From NCBI GenBank assembly GCA_964016885.1, contig OZ024742.1, forward strand, positions 178,250,001 through 178,314,000: a DNA stretch of 64,000 nucleotides. Reading direction: 5' to 3'. Below the pieces are notes generated by a model. It was not told the DNA's origin and made no database searches. It was given only the letters and a program-made list of their open reading frames with translations. This DNA is from Eledone cirrhosa (lineage: Eukaryota). Below, piece after piece: positions 21,353 through 32,024 of the stretch (position 1 is the first letter of the stretch; each line of letters opens with the position of its first letter). Both the position numbers and the translations under genes were made by a program.

Positions 21353-24300
21353 TTACAGACACATACTCAGAGTAGGCCCATTCACTCGGGCCATACTTGC
21401 TTCTCTCACCCATCTTTCAACAAAATGCTGGGAAGAGAGCACTTCCCTCTCTACCCTGATTTTCTTTTTCAAATGAAATTTGAAAAAGTTAATCAGGGCA
21501 TCACCGAAGAGGTACGTGCTCGTCTTCAACCTCTTCAAACGTGTCCACCATACTATCTCTTTCGCCATGGCCACCAGACAGATAAAAACTGCCTGCCCTT
21601 CCCGGCTAAACGAAGAGTGCAGGGCAATCGTCACGATGGACTCAGCTGATAGCCGGATCCGTCCTACACGTGACAGCAGGTGTTCGACATAAACTCACAA
21701 GTCAGCAATGCTCGGACACTGGACGCGTGCGTGCAGGACGGTTTTGTCGCCCTGCGCGCATCTCGGACATGCCCGGCTGACGGCACCTCCATGCCTGTAG
21801 AGTTTATCCCGAACTGGCAAAGCTCCTCGGTAGCACTGCCAGGCCAGGGATTTCTGGAAGTTGTCCATAGGCCCCGGCCCGAAAGTCCTTCCAAAGAGAT
21901 TGGCTAGTTGATTTTCGTCGACGCCTAGAGTTTCTCCAAGTACGTCGTCGCTCTTCCCCTCCACTAATACTCTATAGAACGCCAAGGTGGAGTTTCCACC
22001 GATCACATTGCCCGATTGGTCGAGGGCTGTGAGCGCCTGAAGACATTCCAGTCTCCAAGCGCTCCCTCTCGGTCTTCGCTTGACCCAGGACTGCAGCTCC
22101 GTCAAGGAGACGAGCTGGGGAAAGACGTGTCTAGCAAACGGCGACCACACCTGATCACCGTCGAGGAAGAGGTGGAGATGTCGTAGCCTGAGCGCGTGTC
22201 TGCGCCTCATCAGCCACGGCATGCCCCGCCCTCCACGTAGCGGGTGTTGACAGCAGATGGACCGCCTGACCATCGGAGCGCGTCCCTTCCACAAAAAGCG
22301 AAAGAGCAAACGCTCCAGCGCAGTCAGGCGGGGCTTAGGACAAGGTACGACGGTCAGGCGGTAGTAGATGACGGACGTGATGTACGCGTTAGCCACCTCC
22401 GCTCGACCTTTCAGGGATAGCTTCCTCTCCGCCCATTTCTGGGTGAGGGAAGCCACCCTCTCGTCACCTCGTCCCAGCTTTTGTCCGTCTGGAGGTCCGG
22501 ACCGAACCAGACCCCTATAAATTTAACCGGACCGTCCGTCCAGCGCCCGACGATGCTGTTGGGCGGCATGGACCTGCCTCTCCAGATGGCGAGCTGCAGA
22601 CCCACTGACTTTTCCTGGTTGATCATTGCTCCTGTCACCGCTTCGTATTCTCTCAGTGTAGTGCCGATCGCCTCGATGTGTTTGGCGTTCGACACCACGA
22701 CGGTGACATCGTCCGCATGTGCTGACACGGATCTTCCGCATCCTAGTTCGCGCGGGACCCCCTCAACGTCTTCAGTTTGTGCAGTAATGACTCGAGAGTC
22801 AATACGTACAAGAGGGACGAGAGGGGACATCCTTGCCGGACCGAGCGCATGATGTTGAACGATTCCGAAAGGTGACCGTTCACTCTCACCACAGAGCAGA
22901 TGTCGCTGTGCATGGCAGCGATTCAGCCTGTGAGGTCGGGGCCAAAGCCAGACGCCTTCAGGACTGCCGCTAGGTAACGATGGTCGACCCTATCGAAAGC
23001 TTTCGACTGATCTAAATTGATCAAGGACCCACCCGCGCCAGGTTCCCTAGCTACCCTCTCTACGAAGTATCGCATGAGATGGAGGTTGTCGTGGATGGAT
23101 CTGTCGGCAATGGTGCATGTCTGCGCCTCTCCCCCCAGACCACCAACGACAAGCCCAACCTCTTTGCTAGCACCTTGGCCAAAATCTTGAACTCTGTGTT
23201 TAGCAGAGTTATGGGCCTGAAATTATCTATGTTATCACCCTTGTTCGGATCCTTTCTCAGCAGCGCCACCGCTCCTCGGCTCACAGAACTGGGAATTCTC
23301 CCGTTCTGTTGCCAGTTGCAGTAGACGTTCGCCAAGAGGCCTCCGAACAAGTCTGGCATCTGTACGTAAAGTTCATAGGGCAGACCATCCAAACCAGGCG
23401 ATTTACTCCTTGTTCAGCCAGTCATTGCCTCCCATACTTCAGCGGCCGTTATCGGATTTTCGCAACACTCCGCCTCAGTGGCCGAGAGCCGCGGTAGTCC
23501 GTCGAGGTAGACACTAAAGTCTATCCCTCGATCCCGCCGCCGCTGCCCCCGAACAGTTGAGCGAAGTGTCGCTGAAAAGCTTCACACATTTGCCAGGGAT
23601 CGAGTAGCATGCGCCCGTCGTGGTCCACCAAAGACCGGATCGTGGCTTTGTTGCCACGACGCGCATCCGCCATTGACCGGATTTCGTCCCCTCGTGTCTG
23701 AGAGCACGCACCCTAGCTCTGACAACGCAGCCTTCGTGCTTTGCATTGAAGAATTGATCAAGGGCCAATTTCGCCGCAAGTACGTCGGTCGTGATGCCTT
23801 TGCTAAGCGCCTCGTCTAATTTTCTAACTAGTTCACCCTCTGCTCTATTTTTCTCTATAGCTAAAGCATTACTAAACCTAATGGCCTCTATTCTAATCGC
23901 TCTTTTCAGAGCAAACCACCACTTGTTGTTGACGATGGCCCCCGTCAACGCTCGCTTAACTAGTTCGCTAATCCGGTCTCTGTAGGCCTTGCGCGCTGGT
24001 AAGGACGCGTTTAGCTTCCAGTAGTCAGGTCCTCGTCTATGAAGCCTATCTAAGTCAAGCACACAGATCACAAATTTGTGGTCCGTGTAGCTAACTATCT
24101 TGTGGACAGCCTATGCTAGACCTATCTATTTCCCTACAAAATACTCTAGATATGATCTGGATGACCCGATACGGTTTGTCCAAGTCCACATTGGCACATT
24201 CGGGAAATCCAATCGCTACCTGTCAGACAGTTCAAAACTCCTGAGCGGGTTGGTGAGGCTCTTTCACCCTCCTCCCCTATCCGCTAATCCCACACATTCC

Positions 24301-24754
24301 CAGCGTGCATCGAAGATCCCGTTCCAGTCGCCCACTAACACTAAAGTGCGGGACGTTCCTAGAAAGGTTTCCAGACGCCGGAAGAAATCAGGCCGCCCTG
24401 CTCCTGTCGGGGCATAGACAGCCACTAGCCTGAAAGCTTGCCCGTCTCCGCTGGTCACGTCCAGCACGACCAACTTACCTTCTGGGTCCAGGAAGATGGC
24501 CCGTATGGCGAGACCCAAATCTCTCCGAAAAATCACAGCAACTCCCCCCCCCCCCCAAATCCAGGACGGCTGGGAGATGCGTACACATCGTAGCCACCGA
24601 AGATCTGTGCGAAGGCCCGTGCTTCGGAGATTCTAGTCTCGCTGATGGCCACTACATCTATGTTTAGTGACCTGATGTCGTTGAGCAGGTGGCCCTGCTT
24701 CCATGACGACCCCAAGCCACGCGCATTTATGCTGCCTATTCTGAGTGAGGTCAT
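21353..24754 (-). pseudogene. E1 ORF2 (APE-RT-CCHC), frameshifted
   Basis: INARGL, SET, GDWN, DHK, GLDGLPYE, NFRPITLLN, HADD, CPRC..T..H...C. Confidence 0.92.
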
Positions 24755-24788
24755 GTTGAAATGGAGTGGAAAAGATGGGAAGACCACT

Positions 24789-26520
24789 TACCTTACTTCT
24801 CGTAGCGGAAGGATGGTTTCTCCATCCCTTTTCACTTGATCATCTGGTGAAGGGACCGTTGAATCGTCCCTTCGGCTGGTCGTCGGCTCTTCTGTGAGTA
24901 TATCCGAATATACTCTCCGGTTGAGTGTCCCTCCTAGGTCTCTGAAATCACCAACTGCGTTGGGGAATTTCGTTTTAATGTTTGTGTATTGTTTCTGTGC
25001 TATTCTTACCAGTCTTGTTCGTTGGTGTTTTGATTGGTGCTGGTATTATGCTGAAATGTATGTGTGTTCAATTATGTAAGTCATTAGTTTCTTGTGTGTA
25101 TTCATTGCTGTGCATTTGTTTTTCTGGGGTGGGTGTGGTTCTGCTATTTTCTTGTCGTTGTTGCTGGATGTGTGTGTTTTGTTGTTGTGTTTGCGATGTT
25201 GGTGCTTGTGGTGGTGGTGTTGAAGGTGTTGTTGTTGTTTGCGGTGGAGTTGCCGCCGGTGGTGATGGTGGTGCTAGTGTGAGTGGTGATGGTGTTGGTG
25301 GTGTTGCTGCTGTAAGTCTCTTTGCAGTAGCCTTTACCCTTTTTTCATTTCTTTCCTCCCTTTTCGAAGGCGACGATGCGCTGCTTCTGCGTTTGTGCCT
25401 TCTTACGACCTTTTGCCATCCCTCTCCCACCTCACACTCCATATCCGATTCTGTGAGGTCGGAGAGGGGTACCAGCTCCACTCTTTCCTTTGTTGTTGTT
25501 GGTGATGTTTGCAGTGGAGTCTCTGTTGCAGTTGCAGTTGATATTACTGTTGTTGTTGTTAATACTTCCACTGCTGCTGCTGTTCTTGATTTCTGTGGCG
25601 TGGGTATGGGTGCCACGGACCTATCTTTCCTGCTTGCCACCTGTCCTGTTGCTGATAGCAGTGGAGCCGGTTTCGGAAGGAGGGGGGTTTTCTCCTTTCT
25701 CAGTGTCTTCTCATTGCAGAAGTCCCTGAGGTGAGTCTTCGATCCACAGCGAAAATATTTCGGGCGTTTTCCCTCAACACTTATGGGCAGTTGAGTGCCG
25801 TTATAGAAGTCTATCACATCCGGGATAGCTTCGATGCACTCCTGGTTGGTTTGGATTAACATCTCAATGGAGGTGCCTACCCAATCTTCTCGTACTTTTT
25901 TCTGTACTTGCAGTACAGTTGTTTTGTCCTCGATTCCGATGAGGACAGACGCGGCCAGCCAAGAAGGGGCCATCCCGGGGGGGGGGGATGTGGGTCAGTT
26001 TGACCCTCACAATTTTTTGCCCGCAGTAGGAGGGCACCAACACCATTTCCTCGCTCCTTAGGGTCACTAAGGATTGAGCCTTTGCCTCCTGGGGTGTGGC
26101 AAAAAGCACGTCCACGGTGGCATATTTCTTGCCTCGGGTGATATGCGTTTTCCGCTGCCACACAGACCCTAAGGCTTTTTGTATGTGAGCCTCTGTGGCT
26201 CTTTCAACCCTACGTGATTTTGTGCTTACTGTACGGTACGTGACCGTACAGTGCTGTTGGGTTTCGAAAAAATTTTCGGCTGCCTTGCAGATTGCTCGGT
26301 GTCCGGTTTTCGTCACCATCTTCTTTGCTTCCTGTAATTCCTCATTTGTTATAAGGATGGTTTCCATGGAAAGAGGCGACACCACATTTAGAGAAGGGGG
26401 GTGAGAGACAATTTTCTCTCTGGTGTAGTGACGATTGAGGAATGAGTGCGAGTGACTTGTGAAAATTCTTTTTTGTAGCCATGTTTTTTTTTTTTTGTTT
26501 AAAATGAATATTGGGCACAA
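24789..26520 (-). pseudogene. E1 ORF1 (RRM-like, degenerate zinc knuckle, T/P-rich tail), frameshifted
   Basis: VDVLF..PSYCGQKIVRVKLTHIPP; YFRCGSKTHLRDFC; frameshift in a poly-G run near 25976-25988. Confidence 0.75.
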
Positions 26521-26724
26521 AACCCCAATAAGCGGTTATTTAACCCCGAAGGGCCAAATAACGGGCCGAAATACCCCTCTCGCGAGAAGGAGGGTGTTTT
26601 TATCTACAATTTGGTTAAAGTTTTAAACAATTTACAATTGTTATAGCGGTTAAAAATTACTATACCTTACAGAGCCGAGCCTCCGTCAACCATGGTATTC
26701 AATAATAATAATAATAATAATAAT

Positions 26725-26820
26725 ATTTATTTTCGCACAAGACTAGCAATTACCCCAGTGCTTTACTGGTGCTTTATTTATCAACCCCGTAAGGATGAAA
26801 GGCAAAACTAACCTCAGCTT
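26725..26820 (-). mobile_element. 5'-truncated tRNA-SINE whose AAT tail abuts the E1 5' end
   Basis: gcacaagactagcaattacc..ccccgtaaggatgaaaggcaaa. Confidence 0.8.
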
Positions 26821-26829
26821 TTTTATGTT

Positions 26830-27056
26830 GATTTCATTATTAACCTCGCAGGGCTCGTTTTAAGAAATCATTAAAGACGACGCGGGAAGGTACAGTGTGG
26901 ATTTTGGTATGTAAACAATATTTAATAAAAACAAGAAAAAAATAAAAATTCAAACAAAATAAATTCACAAATATGGGGGTCTTCCGATGGTCATACATGG
27001 AGAAAGCCCACAAAAAGCCAAACGACCTCTTTCGCCATGACCACCATTCAAATAAA
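26830..27056 (-). mobile_element. Short decayed Tx1 3'-end derivative
   Basis: ggagaaagccca..aaaagcc and ctctttcgccatgaccacc match the E2 3'UTR and ORF2 end with an internal deletion. Confidence 0.55.
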
Positions 27057-27083
27057 AAATGAATATATATATATATATATATA

Positions 27084-27488
27084 AAGAAAATGCGAAGTAG
27101 TTTCAGATGTTAAAATCCTCTAATGATAATGCTGTGATACATATTTCAATGACGCCTGCGCAAACTGGTGGGAGGGTGAATTGGGACTCACAAGGGAACG
27201 GACGAAGGATTCAAGAACACCTGCTTTGTCCGTTCCCTTGTCGATTCAATTTGGATTGCCTCGGGAACATAACCTTATTATGTAAGAAGCTGTCTGATGA
27301 TGTCACGGCACTGGATACACCAAAGAGTGTGGCCACTGTCGTCATTGAAATATGTATCACAGCATTATCATTAAAGGACTTTAACATCTGAAACTACTTC
27401 GCATTTTTTTTTTCTAAATATACTCCGTCACTCCTATATGGAAAAAGTACGTTGAGTGCTTGAATTGAATTGCAACGAAGTTGCAAAT
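27084..27488 (+). mobile_element. Non-coding PLE-like unit with inverted 5' arm, in (TA)n
   Basis: 27088-27154 is the reverse complement of ~27340-27406; internal 18-bp hairpin; hammerhead. Confidence 0.65.
27289..27363 (+). ncRNA. Type I hammerhead ribozyme
   Basis: gctgt-CTGATGA-tgtcacggca..tgtcgtcatt-GAAA-TATGTA-TC-acagc; AUC triplet. Confidence 0.75.
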
Positions 27489-27614
27489 ATATATATATAT
27501 CAAATATTTAAAATTTGTTCGATCATATTCATATTGAATAGATTGGTTTTTCAAATATTAATTTCTTTCTTTTTAATTATTCCATAATGTATCACAGTAT
27601 TGTAAGGAGAAAAA

Positions 27615-27765
27615 TGAGCAGAGTCGTTGGAACGTCAGACAGTATGTTTGGGGAGATCCATTCCAATTCTCTGCACTCTCAGTTCAGATTCTTCCGAGGT
27701 CAACTTTACCTTTCATCCTTCCGAGGACGATAAAAAAAAGTGCCAGCCCAGTATCAGGATCGATT
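27615..27765 (+). mobile_element. Diverged tRNA-SINE
   Basis: agttcagattcttccgaggtcaactttacctttcatccttccgagg. Confidence 0.65.
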
Positions 27766-28975
27766 CTTCCTCTTTATCTTTTTTTCTCACTTTTCTGTCT
27801 CACACTGTCTTTCCTTACTCTGGAAAAAATTGGCCGCTTTCAGACCTGGCGAAGTAATGGGCTTGGCAAGGGCTAAACGAAAATAACCAAGAAACACCGC
27901 TCGTCGCTACAACGCCTATACGATTCTACACGGAGTTACTGGTCAAGAGAGAGGACCATAGCTGCAGCGTGTGTTAATCATATTGATATCAGTGATAATA
28001 TTATGTGAAAAGTTAATAGAATATATCGTTTCACTGAAGAGGAAAACAAAACAATATTTCGTTTTTTGTAAGAGAGATGTTACGCGTATGATGGTCTTCT
28101 GTAGTGAAAATGGTTGAGATAATTTCATTGAAAAATTATTTTAGTAGTGTGGCCCGCCTGATAATGAGCCATGTCACATACGGCTCGCTTCCCAAAAACG
28201 TTTTCCCACGCTTGGATTAAAGACATCAAGATAGAATAAACTTTGGATATGTTTCAAAATAGATGAACGCATGAGTCATTTGATTCATAAAAGCAGAAAG
28301 CTTACAAAAAAAGCAAACAAAAACAAACAAAAACAACCCCCCAAAAAAACAAAATGAAAAACGAAAACCCAAAAGAAACAAACAATTCAATGCAAAAGAA
28401 CGTGACATGGTAGAGAGAAAATTTGCAGATTGGCTGGAAATTTGAATTCAAAGGTGATGAAAAATTGTATGATGACCAGGCAAAAACAAAATCCATTTTT
28501 AAAGTCATGATTTTAAAGATTATATAGATTTCTCTGTAAGAACTTTATAACGACATGAATATCAAAGGAAAAACAAGAAAGATTATCTTTCTTCTCGTCA
28601 TTTCTTCGAAGCATGGTGATCATATAATAGGTTCTCATCTCACTACACAGCTTTTCGTATTTTCATTGATGTCTTCCAGGTCTTTTTATCTACAGAGATT
28701 GGGTAGCAAAGAGAAAACAAGGAAGTGCTCCGTAGTCTTGTTTGCTTTTCTACATTGATATAAATATATATATATATATATATATGTAGATAAATCTACC
28801 AAAAGTTTACGGTAGTGTCCAATCCGTATGAAGAACTCAATGTAATCCGAATATCATGAAAAGAGAAGATGTATTCAAAAACTACTTTCGGTGAAAAATA
28901 AACGGAAAATAGAGTCAAGATAAATTAATAAAATAATGAATAAACAAAGAAACAGTTCCTTATATTAAAAAAATT

Positions 28976-29112
28976 CATCATTTTACGATCGTTTCTAGGA
29001 TATATATGTGATAGAGTTGGTATGCATATTCTATAGATCTATGTACAGTATTTATACAAACTATCAGAGGGAATATACATACCTACACATATATATGCTG
29101 TCTTCAGAAATA
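28976..29112 (-). ncRNA. Hammerhead ribozyme, inverted copy
   Basis: Reverse complement of 29112-29249 with stem I shortened by the inversion axis. Confidence 0.6.
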
Positions 29113-29249
29113 TTATTTCTGAAGACAGCATATATATGTGTAGGTATGTATATTCCCTCTGATAGTTTGTATAAATACTGTACATAGATCTATAGAATAT
29201 GCATACCAACTCTATCACATATATATCCTAGAAACGATCGTAAAATGAT
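29112..29249 (+). ncRNA. Type I hammerhead ribozyme with long stem II
   Basis: attattt-CTGAAGA-..-GAAA-CGATCG-TA-aaatgat; GUA triplet. Confidence 0.72.
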
Positions 29250-29300
29250 GAATTTTTTTAATATAAGGAACTGTTTCTTTGTTTATTCATTATTTTATTA

Positions 29301-29337
<37 letters not shown>

Positions 29338-30681
29338 TAAATTTAGCGAGAATCGCATTTCGGCGGGTAGAAAAGGCGAAACGCAAAAATCAGAAATAAT
29401 GCTGGCAAGCGCTCCATAGTTAAAAAACCAGAGCTAAACAATATGTTAAGAGGCCATACACAACTGAAGTAGTGGTCAAGAAAGCATCAACCACCTAAGC
29501 CAAAAAGCAAATCAAGCTAAACAGGTCAAAATAAAATAAATGATAAAAAAAAACACAGACCTGGACCCGTTGGAATTGATGTTAAAATCCAAATGCAGGT
29601 TTTCTATGACACCTAAATCAAAATACTGTCTGCTTAAAATTATAAGCTTTAGGTATAATGATCGAACAAGGAATATCACGTTATCAACAGGTATTTTGCT
29701 CTGTACCAAATTTGTAAATGACACAGAAGCCCGTAAAAGCACATGTGGAATTCACAAGGGGAAAAACCCCAGATTTTGGCAAATGAATTCAGTATGTGTA
29801 TACCATGCAAAAAATTGCATAAATAGCACAAATTGAATAAGCTCTAAACCGGGTAGTTTTTAAAATAAACTTATACAATTAACCTGTTAATAAAAATTAT
29901 TAACAAGTTAATTGTAAGATACGGGAGATTAATACAAATATATATATATATATATAATAAATCATGTCTATAGAATTATTAGATAAATAAAATATATATC
30001 ATTTCCTCTGCCAATCAGCATAATTAACCATATAAAAAATCAATTAGACCAAGCTATAAGGATAAAGGCTCCTATGAAGAAATCTCCGACAAACAAACGA
30101 AAGTGGCCTCTTCGCGGTGGCCTCAATAGAGTATTTATCCAACATTTCGACAGCATGTAGAAACTGACCAAATATACAATCAACCATACACAATTTGGTG
30201 TAAATTCAAACTTAGAAGAAATGTATACATACCGTAACTATATCTCTACCATGGTTTCATCCGTATTTTTAGATATCCAATTAATAGGAAATCCACAGAG
30301 TTCGGATTCATCAGGAGACAAACTCAAAAATAGATACTTAGTATTCCAAAGCGATCGCGCCAAAATTAGATTCGAAAATGGCTTAGAATCAAAATATGGC
30401 CGTGGTCAAGTTGGAAAGAATGTGATTGGTTGCTTACGGCGGGTAGGCTTGTTGCTAGAAAGCGCAGCCAAATATCGCCCTCTGGTGATGTCCAGCAGAA
30501 GCAAGGGGGACAAGCGTCTATGCATTTCAGACTTAACTGGCCATCGTCAGGACGGTCCCTCCCACCGCTTGCGACTGCTGGACTAGAAGACAGGCGAGAA
30601 TATATACTTTTCTCGTCTGTGTAAATGAGGTGATTAATCTCATTTGCATATGAAGCTGCATAAGTTGGCTCAGCTTATAAT

Positions 30682-30800
30682 AAAAAAGAAATAGGATTTC
30701 GCTTCAAGCATAGCTTTATACAATATGTATAAATATTTCGTATCTCCAAAGAAATACGGTTTTAGGAAGCCGTAGCTATGCTTGAAGCGAAATCCTATTT

Positions 30801-30808
<8 letters not shown>
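30682..30808. repeat. ~33-bp inverted repeat ending at a (TA)n tract (possible PLE inversion scar)
   Basis: aaaaaagaaataggatttcgcttcaagcatagct / agctatgcttgaagcgaaatcctatttctttttt. Confidence 0.75.
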
Positions 30809-30848
<40 letters not shown>

Positions 30849-31105
30849 TTCGATATTTGCTTACTGAAGAAAAGCTACAAAATATCCTAATATTAGTATT
30901 GATCCTTCTATTAATCTTCCTTTCATTTTCTGAGGTCTTCCTCTCCCTCTTTTGTATTTCTCTTCAACGTTACCTTTCATTTCCTCTGTTTCACCTCACC
31001 ATTTTATAGAACAGCTGTAGAGTTATCTCTCTCATACACCTATTCAGTGATTTTCCGATCTTCTCACCAAAGGAGCCCGCCTAAAACGGATAGATAGTAA
31101 AACAT

Positions 31106-31167
<62 letters not shown>

Positions 31168-31724
31168 TTTTATTTATTGCCACGAGGGCGCAAAAGAAGG
31201 GGACAAATAGAAGGAAGGGGAGTTTACACAAAAAGGCGAGTAAAGAAAATAAATGACAAATATAAAATTAACAATAAAGTCCTCAATAGGGAGGAGACGT
31301 TTTGGGAGGTCGCACACACTCCCAAAAAAAGTGTGCAACCCTTCTCCTCAGGAGCACAGACAGAGGGTGCTCCCTCGTTCCTTCATCTTTTCCACCTACA
31401 GGCTGATGTAGAGAGAAGGCCCTTTCACATGGGCCATTCTCGCCACTTTCACCCACCTTTCATAAAAACGACTGGGGTGGAGCACCTCTCTCTCCATCCT
31501 GATCCTTCTTCCGAAATGATATCGGAAGAAACGGATCAGTTGTTGGTCAGAGAGAAAGGTGCCTGACCTCAGTCTTTTCAGACGCGTCCACCATACAACC
31601 TCTTTCACCATGGCTATTACGCACAGAAACACCGCCTCTCCTTCATTTTTGAAGGGGGGAGGCGGCTTAATCGTTACAATGGCCTCGGTGCTCAACCGGA
31701 TCGATCCCACCCGTGACAGCAGTC
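31168..31724 (-). mobile_element. Tx1 copy A, heavily 5'-truncated, in (GATA)n
   Basis: Encodes the ORF2 tail RLLSRVG..GPSLYISL* plus 3'UTR. Confidence 0.9.
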
Positions 31725-31791
<67 letters not shown>

Positions 31792-32024
31792 TTCTTTATT
31801 AGCCACAAGGGCGCACAAGAAAAGGGGACAATATAAAGACATGTCGGGGATTTTACATACAGTCGTATAAAAAATATAAAAACAAACAATTACAACAATC
31901 GAAATCCCCAATAGGGGAGAGGCGCCACAAATGGGTTGTTTAATACCCCGTCGATAGAACAAACCTCAACTCCATGAGCGTGTTGTGCAAGTGCTCCTTT
32001 CTTCCTTTTGCTCTCTTCTTCAAC

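Larger units (their letters stand above)
21107..26700 (-). mobile_element. Tx1-type non-LTR retrotransposon E1, full length, decayed, in (AAT)n
   Basis: ORF1 + ORF2 remnants; 3' end AATAAAGAAAAC then (ATT)n; (AAT)n also at 26701-26724. Confidence 0.92.
28785..29305. mobile_element. Fold-back PLE pLTR remnant (family of 1100-1610), near-perfect palindrome 28921-29305
   Basis: Axis at ~29112; TA tracts on both sides; hammerhead cores on both strands. Confidence 0.75.

Noticed and set aside
27107-27391. 94-aa ORF with RIQEH resembling a GIY-YIG helix
   Set aside because: No GIY or YIG motifs; the region is better explained as structured RNA
29340-30680. Possible decayed PLE 3' end and hammerhead-like TGAAGA..CGAAA near 30070-30130
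   Set aside because: Core incomplete and protein similarity too faint to support
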